Of a DNA stretch of 64,000 nt, positions 37,231-50,480 are shown in pieces; the first letter of the stretch is position 1, and each line of letters begins with the position of its first letter. The translations under genes and the position numbers were made by a program. The stretch covers positions 2,627,523 to 2,691,522 of the forward strand of contig MU058463.1 of the NCBI GenBank assembly GCA_013265495.1, in the 5' to 3' direction. Origin of the DNA: Vicugna vicugna (Eukaryota). The notes under the pieces were generated by a model. The model made no database searches, had not been told where the DNA came from, and saw nothing but the letters and a program-made list of their open reading frames with translations.

Positions 37231-38308
37231 TCTTCTAAAACTTAAAGAAGGAAGTGAGTCTCAAGGCTTGCAGACAATAGTAATATAAAACTTTGGAGTC
37301 TCTCTCAATGGTTTGTTTTTGTTTTTATTAGCCAACAGCAGAATAAGAATTGACCCCTGTACTTTAGGACACCTGAACTTGAGATTTCAGGCAGGTCTGA
37401 AGTCAATAAAATGTAATGCAGTAAAAAAAAGTTCACATCCAATGCTCTCAGTTATAGTCTGTCAAGCTATCAGAGGTTCTTCCTGGTTTTTGGAATCTTG
37501 TTACTCCCAGTGATTTTACCTTTTATGCAAAAATGAAGTATTTAACTAATATGTTAATTGCATACTCTACACGTCTTGGCGAGACAGTGCTGTTCATTCC
37601 ACGGTTAGGGTTCCTGCTGGTGCTGTTTGCTTTGCGCCTGACAGAGCATCACAGGCAGAGTTACCTGAGGACGTTACAGGATTAGAGAAGGAAGTCCTGA
37701 AGGAATGTGAGGGTTCCTGGCAAGGAGGTAAGCACCAGAGTCCCCTTGCTCTTCATTTTCAGCATTTGGTCCTGTGTACTGACAACCTGACATTTTTTTC
37801 TTTGAATGCCAGAAACTGTGTATAAAACATATAGCAGCTTGCGTTATGCTACAGGGCTGGTTTGCCCCTACTTTTGGGCATAGCCTTTCCGGGGTCTCAA
37901 CTAAAAGTCTAGGGTGTTTAACCAGGATCCTCCACCTTAGGGCCCTGAAACCAAATTTCTTTCTCCCCAGCACCCTGAAACTGTCAAAAGTCTCCTCAGA
38001 TTTTTCTGTCTTATGGAGACTTTATTCTTGACTTCCAAGCCTTTCAACCACTGCAGTTTAAGAACTGGCAAATATGTTGAGGTAGAAAGTAGCACAGAAT
38101 GTTTGAGTTCACTTCTCTGAGGTTGCTTTTCTCCAAGACCTAGTCCCCTTGTTTCTGGCCACCGTGGTAGCCGTGAACTACGGTTTTTGCCTCTCAGTTC
38201 CCATAAGGCTACTGAATGCTCCAAGCCACTGCTTTTTACTCAGCTGTTGGAACTCATGCCACAGATCAGCAAATGTCTCAAGGGAAAAAGCATCAGAAAA
38301 TACTGCCC

Positions 38309-38665
38309 TGCTATGGACTGAATTGTATTGCCTCTAAATCCAGATGTTGAAGAGCTAACTCCCAATATGACTGTGTTTGGAGTTAGGACTTTTAGGAGGT
38401 AATTAATGTTAAATGAGGTCACAAGGACGGGCCCCAAATCTGGGAGGACTTGTGGCCTTATAAGATCTCTCTTTCTCCCTAGCACGTGAGGACACAGGGA
38501 GAAAGCAAGTCATCTGCAAGCCAGGAAAAGAGTCCTGCCTGGAACCGAATCAGCCAGCACCTTGGTCTTGGACTTCCAGCCTCCAGAACCATGAGGAATA
38601 CGTTTTGTTGTTTAAGACACTCAATCTGTGGTGTTGTGTTACGGCAGCCAGAGCAGACTAAGATG
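38309..38665 (+). mobile_element. MaLR solo LTR (MLT1A-like)
   Basis: 'tgctatggactgaattgt...ttaaatgaggtcacaagg...ttggacttccagcctccagaacc...gagcagactaaga'. Confidence 0.9.
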
Positions 38666-39726
38666 CTCTCTTTCGTGCATTTTCCTTCTCTCTGAGGTCT
38701 TGGCCCCTAAAATCCCGGCTGCCTTGGTTGTTCTGTGATGTCTTCAATTGTTTTGCTTTTTACCTGGCGTTTATAGAGCTGTCATAGTAGGAATTTTGAT
38801 CTGGCAACTATTCTATCAAAGGAATAAGCGAAAATTCTCAGAAAGAGTCATTAAAATATTTGGGGAAAGAGCATTCTAAGATAAAGGAAAAGTAAATATA
38901 AAGGCTTTGGAGCAAGAACCTGCTCAGGAAATGGAATCTGATTATAAATATATAAGATACGTAGAGTCCACCCTCACTGAGAATGATGTTGCCTCAAGAT
39001 CTTTGTATTAATTACAACTGCAAAGACCCTTATTGTAAATAAGATTCCATGTGGACATCTATTTGGGGAAACACGATTCAACCCCCTACAATATTATAAG
39101 AAATATCTAATATTGCTACTACTTCTGCTATTAAATGGTACGTGGTTCTACCAGATCCTGTTTGGTTAATACTATCACCCTTGTATAGAATTACACTCAT
39201 CATAGAATTACACTTTTGAGATAAGCCGTTGTCTACAAAGGTACTCTTATACATCATATAAATTACTTGAGATTGTTACCCACATTTGTACTTAATGTCC
39301 AAAGCAAAATTATATGAAGGTTGTGTGTTGCAGATTGGTAAGGACCACATCACTCTCACTGGCTTTGCTGTAGGTAAAGTGAAAGCTTTACTCAATAATA
39401 ATGTTTCAATCCATAAAATAGACCTGAGCATCTGATGGATGGGTGTGGAGAGAGTTTGCCTTGGTCTAAGTTTCCATCTTTCAGGATGTGAGGAAAGTTA
39501 GATAATCCATATTCCTGACCTACGGGCTCTGCTAAACCCTCAGGGCTGCCTGTCCCTCGTAATAAGCCGTTTTCCTTGGGCTGAAAGGTCTGCAAAGTGT
39601 CTGGACCAAAGTGACTAGAATTGCCCTCATTCACAAAAGGCCTTAGAGAGCAGATTGAAGACCGAGTTCTCCGCCTCTGCTGCCTTTTCATCGGACTCTT
39701 GCGGTCATTTCTGCTGATGTCAGCTC
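38510..39726 (+). repeat. Copy 1 of 1217-bp direct duplication flanking the gap
   Basis: Matches 40543-41759 (offset 2033) with 7 substitutions seen. Confidence 0.97.
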
Positions 39727-40542
39727 NNNNNNNNNNNNNNNNNNNNNNNNNNNNNNNNNNNNNNNNNNNNNNNNNNNNNNNNNNNNNNNNNNNNNNNNNN
39801 NNNNNNNNNNNNNNNNNNNNNNNNNNNNNNNNNNNNNNNNNNNNNNNNNNNNNNNNNNNNNNNNNNNNNNNNNNNNNNNNNNNNNNNNNNNNNNNNNNNN
39901 NNNNNNNNNNNNNNNNNNNNNNNNNNNNNNNNNNNNNNNNNNNNNNNNNNNNNNNNNNNNNNNNNNNNNNNNNNNNNNNNNNNNNNNNNNNNNNNNNNNN
40001 NNNNNNNNNNNNNNNNNNNNNNNNNNNNNNNNNNNNNNNNNNNNNNNNNNNNNNNNNNNNNNNNNNNNNNNNNNNNNNNNNNNNNNNNNNNNNNNNNNNN
40101 NNNNNNNNNNNNNNNNNNNNNNNNNNNNNNNNNNNNNNNNNNNNNNNNNNNNNNNNNNNNNNNNNNNNNNNNNNNNNNNNNNNNNNNNNNNNNNNNNNNN
40201 NNNNNNNNNNNNNNNNNNNNNNNNNNNNNNNNNNNNNNNNNNNNNNNNNNNNNNNNNNNNNNNNNNNNNNNNNNNNNNNNNNNNNNNNNNNNNNNNNNNN
40301 NNNNNNNNNNNNNNNNNNNNNNNNNNNNNNNNNNNNNNNNNNNNNNNNNNNNNNNNNNNNNNNNNNNNNNNNNNNNNNNNNNNNNNNNNNNNNNNNNNNN
40401 NNNNNNNNNNNNNNNNNNNNNNNNNNNNNNNNNNNNNNNNNNNNNNNNNNNNNNNNNNNNNNNNNNNNNNNNNNNNNNNNNNNNNNNNNNNNNNNNNNNN
40501 NNNNNNNNNNNNNNNNNNNNNNNNNNNNNNNNNNNNNNNNNN
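39727..40542. other. Assembly gap (816 N)
   Basis: Run of N. Confidence 1.
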
Positions 40543-41759
40543 TCATCTGCAAGCCAGGAAAAGAGTCCTGCCTGGAACCGAATCAGCCAGCACCTTGGTC
40601 TTGGACTTCCAGCCTCCAGAACCATGAGGAATACGTTTTGTTGTTTAAGACACTCAATCTGTGGTGTTGTGTTACGGCAGCCAGAGCAGACTAAGATGCT
40701 CTCTTTCGTGCATTTTCCTTCTCTCTGAGGTCTTGGCCCCTAAAATCCCGGCTGCCTTGGTTGTTCCGTGATGTCTTCAATTGTTTTGCTTTTTACCTGG
40801 CGTTTATAGAGCTGTCATAGTAGGAATTTTGATCTGGCAACTATTCTATCAAAGGAATAAGCGAAAATTCTCAGAAAGAGTCATTAAAATATTTGGGGAA
40901 AGAGCATTCTAAGATAAAGGAAAAGTAAATATAAAGGCTTTGGAGCAAGAACCTGCTCAGGAAATGGAATCTGATTATAAATATATAAGATACGTAGAGT
41001 CCACCCTCACTGAGAATGATGTTGCCTCAAGATCTTTATATTAATTACAACTGTAAAGACCCTTATTGTAAATAAGATTCCATGTGGACATCTATTTGGG
41101 GAAACACGATTCAACCCCCTACAATATTATAAGAAATATCTAATATTGCTACTACTTCTGCTATTAAATGGTACGTGGTTCTACCAGATCCTGTTTGGTT
41201 AATACTATCACCCTTGTATAGAATTACACTCATCATAGAATTACACTTTTGAGATAAGCCGTTGTCTACAAAGGTACTCTTATACATCATATAAATTACT
41301 TGAGATTGTTACCCACATTTGTACTTAATGTCCAAAGCAAAATTATATGAAGGTTGTGTGTTGCAGATTGGTGAGGACCACGTCACTCTCACTGGCTTTG
41401 CTGTAGGTAAAGTGAAAGCTTTACTCAATAATAATGTTTCAATCCATAAAATAGACCCGAGCATCTGATGGATGGGTGTGGAGAGAGTTTGCCTTGGTCT
41501 AAGTTTCCATCTTTCAGGATGTGAGGAAAGTTAGATAATCCATATTCCTGACCTACGGGCTCTGCTAAACTCTCAGGGCTGCCTGTCCCTCGTAATAAGC
41601 CGTTTTCCTTGGGCTGAAAGGTCTGCAAAGTGTCTGGACCAAAGTGACTAGAATTGCCCTCATTCACAAAAGGCCTTAGAGAGCAGATTGAAGACCGAGT
41701 TCTCCGCCTCTGCTGCCTTTTCATCGGACTCTTGCGGTCATTTCTGCTGATGTCAGCTC
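40543..41759 (+). repeat. Copy 2 of 1217-bp direct duplication flanking the gap
   Basis: Matches 38510-39726; starts exactly at the gap edge. Confidence 0.97.
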
Positions 41760-41788
41760 CGCTCTCTCGGGCGATCACCATCGTTTTC
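41425..41788 (-). other. Candidate exon with a ~120-codon ORF, unassigned
   Basis: Acceptor 'ccatccatctctgtag|G' then KTMVIARESGADISRNDRKSPMKRQQRRRTRSS...HYY*; unique sequence, no recognised homolog. Confidence 0.2.
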
Positions 41789-44259
41789 CTACAGAGATGG
41801 ATGGCTGGGCAGACTGCTGGAGTGGCTATCCATCACTAGTGCCTATGGATGGTCAAGGCCACGTCTGTGGCTCTCAATTAGTCAGCAATTAAGTGTGGGT
41901 TGCATCCAGCAACACAGCCCTCTTGTGCCACCCATGGAGAATCAGGCAACCTGAAAGCTTTTCTACTTATTTCAAAAAGCTACTAACTGCTCACCTACTG
42001 AAATTGAAAAGTGGAAATGAAGATGAAATGAAAGCTAAAAGGAGATGAAAAAACTGAGTAAAAATATTCAGGAACTTAGGCAGTGGAATCTACTGGGTCT
42101 TTGAGCTTGTTGGTTTTGTGGAAAAGCAGTTTGCTATGTGTGCCAAGGCTTAGCATACAAACAGTCATGCCTCTGTGGGCCAAAGCAGCTAGATATACTG
42201 AATCAGGCATACATCTAGCAGTGAGACAGGTGATCGCTGCTCACAGATACAGAAAAATGTATTTGTTAATGACCCTCCAATATTGAAAACCAAGATGTAA
42301 TTAATAGCTTAAAAAAAAGTCTGGTTCATCCTCTGTCTGGAGCTTTTTTTTTTTTTACAATCATTTATTCAGCATTTTCTAGGCAGGCACAATTACTAAT
42401 TCACTGGTGAACTGCAAAGAGGTACCACAGATACAGTGTACAACCCCGGGTTAAGAACTATTTAAGAACAGAAGTTCAGCTCTCTGACCCAAGGCACTTA
42501 GGACCTATTTCAAAATGGGAGAAGGAACAGTGGTGAGAAAACAGATTAAATGTAACATGGGAAAAATATGACTATCTTCTTGGTGGGCCAGGAACATTCT
42601 TGAGGACACACATGAGTCATTACGCCCTGCAGGGCTTTCCTTCTCTTCTTCCAAGATAGTCATTCAGCAGATACTAACTGAGCACCTCCTGTCTGGGTGC
42701 AGGTGAAGGACCCTGCCTAAGGACGCCAAACTCACAGTCCTGATTTTCTTCTCCTTTTGAAAGATACTCATTTATGCTTCCTTCTCATTCTCTAAGCTGG
42801 GAATGTTCTCTTTATAGGGTGGCAAATAGATACAACAAATTTACCTATGTTAACATTGGGGTTACAGAGAACACCCCAAGGGCCTGTGACACCACTGGAC
42901 GTTGTAGGAATAGTTTATGGGTTACTTGTGGTGCCAGTATCATGGGCTGTGTTAGAGGACTGACATCCCAGAGAGTTTGAACGTCCACCAAAAAGAAACG
43001 GCAGGGCCTACATAAAGCAAGTCAGGGAGACATTTTTAAGAGTTTCACTCCCTTCCTATCTAGTTGTCTGGTGCTGGACCGCAAGATAACTGATTTTAAT
43101 CTGATTCTATATATTTATATAAATTATATATATTATACACTCAATACACTATGTATTATTGAACTAGTCAAAGTCATGTCTGTCTAGAGCTCTTTGTATG
43201 AACTGAGCCTCATTAGAGGAGATAGTTGAAATGCTATGAATAAAACCAACAGTATTGCATTACGAGCACAGCTAGCACCATTTTTCATTCAATATAATGC
43301 TGTTCTGATCGGAAATCCATAGTCTGCTGTTAGCCTTGAAATTTCCCTTCCAAACAGTGGACAAACCAAATGAGTTTTTTTTTTTCCTTTAGAATTACTG
43401 TTCTCTGGAGCCTCACATCCTAAAAATGTGCCGAGTTTAGCTCTTCATTCCTCTTACAATGGATGGCGCCTACAAAAATGTTGCAAGATTTAAAGGTTCC
43501 GAGTAGACAAGCAACTTTCCAGATTTAGGAACAATTCCTAGAGATGAAGTCACTGCCACTGCTCACTGCCTTACGCACTTACTTTACCTTCCAGGAGGGA
43601 AAAGGTTTGGGAATCTCCTCTGGTTTCTTACCATCCCAAGAACAGCTCGATGCTGAACAGCTCAATGCATCCTAAATGAGGTCAAATAAATTCAGCCTCC
43701 TTTTTGCTCACCGAGCTGTGTGCTCTGACAGGACACTGAATCCACTCAGAGGAAGAGGCACCCACTGTAATTTGCACAGAGGCCCCAGATCACCTGCTGG
43801 CTGCCTTGTGCTTGGCAGGCTCCACACACACCAGGCTCAGTGGCCCAACCCAGCCTTCAGCCTTTTTGATATTCTCCTGCTTTCCCAAGTACATAACACT
43901 TCCTCGCCATTTGTAGAAACAGGCCTCAAATAAATCCATGACATCTCTTAATTTCAACTGGCTCGGAGGAGGAGAAGAAGTTTTTACATTGCCTTTACAT
44001 TTAAAAATATTTTTAATGATTTACATTTGTTATCTGTCATGGCGTGACATTTCCATACTCTTTATCCTCCTAAGTTCAGGGAAACAGTGCAGTATGGCAG
44101 TGCTAGGTTAGATGCTACCAGGAATGAAAAAAAGAACTGTGGGCATGTGAGTTTTTTTGCATTACACAGATGTGTGTGTGTGCATGCACACGTAGTGGTT
44201 TTTGCTTTTGCTAAATTTGGACTTTCATCTGGATAGTTAGAATATCTTACATCTCTTTC

Positions 44260-44505
44260 ATTTGTTGCCTAATAAATTGTTTATTCTTTAAGGCCCAACT
44301 CAAATGTCACCTCCTCTGGGTCGCCTTCCCCACCCCCAGGCAGTATCCTACATGCTCCCGTATAACCACATCCATTTGTTGCGGTCTTTACCACCAGCAT
44401 ATCGTAGGTGCCTGTTCTGTTGGACCAGCCGAACTGTGGATGTGTTCTCTGAAGCATTTTTGTAGCTCCAGAGTCACGTAGAGTCTTGCCCATCTTAGTT
44501 ATTTG
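44260..44505 (+). mobile_element. LINE-2 3' fragment
   Basis: 'ttattctttaaggcccaactcaaatgtcacctcctctggg'. Confidence 0.7.
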
Positions 44506-47500
44506 GGAAATGCTGACATAATTCTTGCAGAGCAATCATTAATCTTTGAGGGTTATTCCTTCTTTGAAAATGCTACAGACTCTCTCCTCAGAAAAATTAA
44601 AAAAGTGCTTATATGCCTGACATGCAGATTTTGCATAAATGTTAAGTTGTTCTTGGGCCCCCTAAGCCCGTCTATAGCTCCACAGAACTCAGATCTAGAA
44701 CCACTTGCCAAAGGAAATAGACGAATACTCTCGGTATCATAAAGTGATATTTCCCTGCCATTCTTGCACTCAGATATTTCCCGTGCTGGAGGCTGAGGAT
44801 GTCAGAGTGAGTAACACACAAGTGCTCACCACCCAGTGGGAGACACCAACAAAAGAGTCAATAATTATACTACAGTGCAGTGAGTGAGTGCCACTACAGC
44901 AGGGTACGAAGGATGCTAGCTTTAGGGAAGTGGCTTCAGATTCATGATTTAAGGAACAAAATTTTCCCCCAAATGTCTGCAACCAGTATGAGTGGTAAAG
45001 GTTTGATTATCCCAAATCAGTGCATTTGAAAAAGAAGTTCTATTATCGCCATCAATTCATAACATTTTACTGCCTCCAAAGAAGAAGTGAAAAATTTGGA
45101 ATAGAGAATAATCCTTTTAATTAATCACCTATAATTTTGTGAGAATGAACGTTTTCTTGTTTCACTGGGAATATCTAGAAACTGCTCACGCTCTGTCACC
45201 AGGTGTTTAGTACGTGAATCCCCCTATCCTATGGAGTCATTGAAGGCTTCCCAGAACTGTCCAAACTGGATCTTTAGGCATAAATGAGAAGCTAGAATGT
45301 GGGGAGAAACAAAGGGAGGGGCTCATTCCAGGCAGGGGAAATAATAGTTGAAAGACTTAGAGATTAAATCCATAAAATGTGTGCATATAAGGTAGGAACG
45401 GAGGTGAGGCCAAGTTAGCAGGGAAGTCCTCATGGAAAAGGTGAAGTGGGCAGGTGTTGAAAATTCTCAGGCCCTGGATTCTTGCAGCGGAAGGGCATTG
45501 CGTGCTGGTGGCTACATAGGCTGCTCCTATGCCGGCTGGTACAGAGAGAGGTGGGCTGTAAGAAGCTTGGGGCTCCCATGTAAAGACTGACTCACCCTGA
45601 AGCCATGTGTTAGAGCAAATTAGCCAGCAAGATGCTCCTCCTGGCAGCTAAGGAGAAGACCGTGCAGGGCTGGAAGGCAATGAAGAGTCTGTGAGTCTCT
45701 GTGCAGGAAGAGACTGAGCAAGGCCAACAGAGGAAGTCTGGCTGGGGAGTGTCATGTGCCCCAGAGACATGGGAGGATGGGGTGACTGAACTCAAGGCCA
45801 GCATGCAGAGAGCTGTTCAGTCATCAGGGAAGTCTTGTAGAGGGCCTTTTGTGCTTGGTGGAAACAGAATGTGAGGATGAATGCAGGATACAAGGAGAAA
45901 CAAGAACTTGAGGTTGATCGACACCCATAAAGTTCCACGGTGTTAATAGTATCCTATACGCCATGGTTTCTTTAATCAGTATATTACGCTAATCAAACCT
46001 TGGTAAATACATATTTCACTTCCAAAATATTTCTTACAGTTGTGTTAATGCTATTGGATGGTATTTGATGACTGATTTTTTTTTTAAGTCTCAGCTTTGC
46101 AAGAGTTTATAAGTAGATCGGTCACTCGGATATTCCAGCTAATCTAAAGTACTTAAAAATGTTACACAATGCAAAATTACTTCTTTCAGATAAACTGCGG
46201 GTATGCATTCTTCATCCAACCCGGGGCTACCATTGCCTAGCAATCCTCTAGCAAGAAAAGTAAGATTTAAATGAAAGGCGTTGTTACTATTTCTGGGTAT
46301 ATTTCTGCTGAAAGAATATTGTATGTTATCAACAGCTCACTGTCAGATGCTTTCTACTTATGGCACGTGAGTATTTAAAAGCCATCTTCGCCTGGAACCA
46401 CCATTTCCTACCTGCCTTCTCCTCTACTCAAGATTACCCTTTTAAATCTGTAGCAAATAATTTTTAGGTGTGTTTCTTATTATAGCATTACCACACTCAG
46501 CACAAACACCTTCTTTCTCCTTTCTCCCGCCATGTGTACACATAATGGAGTTTCTTATTAAATATACATGCAGTCCCTTGTTGCATATAAATGTGCCTCA
46601 TCAAAGAATAAGGGAGACCCTGCAACTCTGCTATCGATTGGTCATAAAGACAGGCAATATCTGAATGGTGTTCCTGGGCTTTCTCTAAAAAAAAAAAAAC
46701 TGAAACAGTCCTGTAGCTTTAGCAGCCGTCGTGAGGAGCTCTAATGTGGTTCCCTCCTTACATATTTATTAGGCTGCTTTATTACGTATTTTTAAGACCA
46801 CAGAAAGCGGAAACTGCCTTCCTACCTCCTAAAGAGAACTTACAAAGTCGTGGGTTTTGTTTTCATGGGGCAACACTCTTGTCTTTGGGGAGGATACTAG
46901 GCTGAAGAAAGCCACATTACTGGGTGGGGGAGAAGGTGTGTGTTAAAATTCACCAGCAGTGAAATGCTTTCTGGTGGTTCGAGTACATCTCAGAGGCACC
47001 ACCATGCAGTGCCATAGAAGGTATCCTGTGAAAAAGTAAAACCGAAGGATATTTCTCAGAGCCAAACAATTTCACTTTAACATTAGTTGCAAATGACTTC
47101 AAATTCGCAAGAATGTTATGCAGGGAAGAAGGAAAAATCAGAAGAAATTCCTCAATTCCTGTTAAGGTATAATACAATAAGGACTTAGACAGACAATCTG
47201 TTTGGTTGAGGGTGCAGGCTTCCTCGGAAAGCTCTTCTCCCTCTGGTTTCGGAGTGCTAAATTACCTTGCAAAACACACTTGGACGGGTGACTTTGCTAG
47301 GTCTGCACACACTAGGTGAAACGTATCTATTGACTTACAAGCTGGATGCATGTGTCAAAATGCAATCCGGTATTTTTGTAATAATAGCTAGCAGTCATGG
47401 CTGTAAATTATTTATGGAGAGTATTCAGTGCAAACAGGTTAGAGCACACATCCTCTTCAGCTTGACTGCCCTGGTTTTAGATCACGCAGACATTCAACTC

Positions 47501-48499
47501 CTCGGAGATCTGCTCTTATCACTGCAAACCCTAAAAGGGGGCCCACGCTGCAGTCAGTTCAGCAACTCACGGCCACCAGGCCACTTGCTAAAGCTCTACC
47601 TCAAGGTTCAGTGAATAAACACGGTCCCTCTGCCCCCTCTCACACCCGCCTGGCCCCGGCGATGTAAGGTAATATCAGACATGAAGGCGGATCGATCTCC
47701 AGAGCAGAGGCATGGCCATGCTCTGCTATCTTTGTGCAGAAACATGGAAGAATGTGCACGGAAAAGGCCACTGGTGATCTTAACGCAAGCTGACATTTCA
47801 CTAATGCCATGTTTCTGTGGCTGGAAGGAGCCGGCTCTCCAGCAAAGCCCTCAGTTTAAATTTAAATAAGCGTCTCCTATTTCAATGCAGAGCATGGATT
47901 TCCCCTTCTGCCCTGGACTAGCCACGGTCATTTCCATTTCTTCTCCGTGATAAAGGTAGGCAGGTGGACTTCTCTGCAGTGCCACATAGACAGCCAGAAA
48001 GGTTACAGCATCTTTTACGTTTTAGGAATTAAAATCACAAGGGAAAGCAAATTCTCAGTTAATATTTCAGGAAGGCTAGTCTGCCTCCCCATAAAATAGG
48101 CAATTAAAGAGATATGGACCTCAGATGTCCCAGGTCAGATGTCTATACATTACACTGTATCTTCTTTGTCCTTTAAGATGAAAAGATATTACAGAGTTTC
48201 CACTCCTTAATATGGAAGAAGTATTTTGTCATAAGAGATCACAACTTTTATTTGTGAGCTTAGAACAGGAAGGCGGTTAAGCTCTCTGTTCACCAAATTT
48301 ACAAGCAGAATAAAAGGGATGCTCGTACAACTGTTGGTGTAAAACTTGAGAACATAATAGGTGCTGCGAAGTGAGAAAAGCAGGAAATAAGATCTGTGGG
48401 TTCTAGAGTCAACTTTCCTTAGGACTGGGTAGCAACAGTTTATCTCCCAAATGTTTTTACAGAGTAAAAACAATAGATAATAACATCTCCACAGCTGAA

Positions 48500-48660
48500 A
48501 GAGTACGGCTCTGGAGTCAGGAGCCCTGCTTCCGCCACGTAAAAGCCCGTATGACTTGCGACCGTTCACTCAACTCTCTGGGTGCCAGTGTTTTTATCTA
48601 TGAAGTGGCGGAAATAAAAACCCTCCTTGGGCATCATTTTGTTATAAGGACAAAATGATA
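48500..48660. mobile_element. MIR SINE fragment
   Basis: 'ggctctggagtcagg...atgacttgcgaccgttcactcaactctctgggtgccagtgtttttatctatgaa'. Confidence 0.75.
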
Positions 48661-48682
48661 TGAAAGAAGGAAAGAAGGTTAT

Positions 48683-49135
48683 TGTAGTAGGTTGAATGGT
48701 AGTTCCCTCCACCCTCCAAAGATAGGTCCATTTCTTAATGCTTGGAATCTGTGATTGTAAACTCAGTTTGAAAGAAAAGTTCTGTACTTCAATGATGTAA
48801 CTAAGTGAAGGGTCTTGAGATGAAGAGATTGTCCTGGTTTATGAGTGGTCCCTAAATCCAATGACCGCTGCTCTAAGAGACACAAAGAGGAGACACACAC
48901 ACAGAGGAGAAGGCCATGTAAGGAGGAGGCAGACACTGGAGATCTGCAGCCACAAGGCGAGCAAGCCGACAGCCCCCAGCAGCTGGAAGAAGCCAGAAAA
49001 ATCCCCTGTAGAGAGTCAGGCGGAGAGTGGCCTCTGACACCTTGATTTTGGGCTCCACGAGAGAATAAATGGTTGTTTTGTTCAAGCCCATGACTAATTT
49101 TGTGGTAATTTGTCACAGCAGCCACAGGAAGAAAA
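48683..49135 (+). mobile_element. MaLR solo LTR (MLT1C/D-like)
   Basis: 'tgtagtaggttgaatggt...gggtcttgagatg...cctaaatccaatgac...tgtggtaatttgtcacagcagccacaggaa'. Confidence 0.9.
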
Positions 49136-49559
49136 GTATAATTGTAGTCCGAGGGGGAACCAGGAGGGTGAGATGAGAGAGGCTTTTGCCTCTGGCACCA
49201 AAGTTAAACTGGCCCACCCAGAACTCAGTCATCAAGGTAAATACAAGTTTAAGGCAACAGTTTACAAAACCAAAATCAATGCCAAAAAAATCCATGATGA
49301 GAATATTGAAATTATAGATGTAAAATGTTTGTCTTTGATATTGAAGAGGTATCTTCTCATTATTACAATTAAAAAACTCAGATGGCATGAGGCCTCATTT
49401 TTTCTGTTGGAGCATCTCCCTGAGAAGTGTTAGCCATTAAGCCAGTTCTCAGCTGAATTATACTTCAGAGACTGATGGGTGCAAAGCCCTAATCAATGGA
49501 AATGCAGGGTGCTCTGAGTCAAACAGAATGCTAATCTCGAAGAAAACCTTCAGGTGTCG

Positions 49560-49720
49560 AACTGTGGGTCTAGTCTCTGGCTGCACAGTAGAATCACCTG
49601 GGAAGACTGATAAAATCCGAGTGCCCTGGCTGCACCCCAGACCTCTGGGGATGGGACCCAGGCATCAGTTTTGAAGTCTCCTGGGAGATTCCAGTGGTGG
49701 CCAAGGCTGGGAACCAATGC
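49560..49720. mobile_element. MER5-family hAT DNA transposon
   Basis: 'ggctgcacagtagaatcacctggg...ggacccaggcatcagtttt...ggctgggaaccaatg'. Confidence 0.8.
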
Positions 49721-50054
49721 TGTGGCGATGAAGGTAGGTGAAGTTGGAGGTGCTCTCCAGGGTCTGGGAGACTAAGCTCTATGAACCATACATTGGCCGT
49801 CATTTCAATTAAAAATTGTGAAAAGGGATTCTGAACCATGTCTAAAATTGTATACCAATCAGGGCTTAATTTTCTTTTCTTTTTAGGGAGTTGTTGATGG
49901 TAATTCACTGGGGATGATAATAGTGACTGTCACGAGGCTTGTTTCATTTTTTAAGTCTGGGAAGCACAAAACTGTCTCTCCTCAGTCCCCAATATGATCT
50001 GTCAAAACACAGTTCTGTGTTTCTAAAATGCATTTCTCCAGTGTTTCCTCACTG

Positions 50055-50480
50055 AAGTAGGGTGAATGGTAACCAACACAACACCCCCTAACCCCTAAAA
50101 AGGAGATACATCCACCTGGAGCCTTTTTGGAAAAACAGTCTTTGTAGATGTAATTAAGTGAAGGATCTTGAGATAAGGAAATCATTCTGGATTATCCAGA
50201 TGGTCTTTAAATCCAATGACAAGTGTCCTTATGAGAGATACACAGAGAAGAAGACACAGACATAGAGAAGAAGGCCATTGAAGAGGGAAGCTGAGGTTTG
50301 AGTTATGCAGCCGTGAGGCAGGGAAGCCAACAGCCCCTAGAAGCTACTAGAAACAAGAATGGATTCTCCCTTAGAGTTTTTGGAGGAAGCATGGCCCAAC
50401 CAACACCTTGATTTGGACTTCCGGCCTCCAGAAGTGTCAGAGAATACATTTCAGTTGTTTTAAGCCACCAAATTTAAGAC
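50055..50480 (+). mobile_element. MaLR LTR (MLT1C-like)
   Basis: 'tctttgtagatgtaattaagtgaaggatcttgagat...caacaccttgatttggacttccggcctccagaa'. Confidence 0.9.

Noticed and set aside
39392..40694. Three longest ORFs (301-386 aa)
   Set aside because: Artefacts of translating through the N gap.
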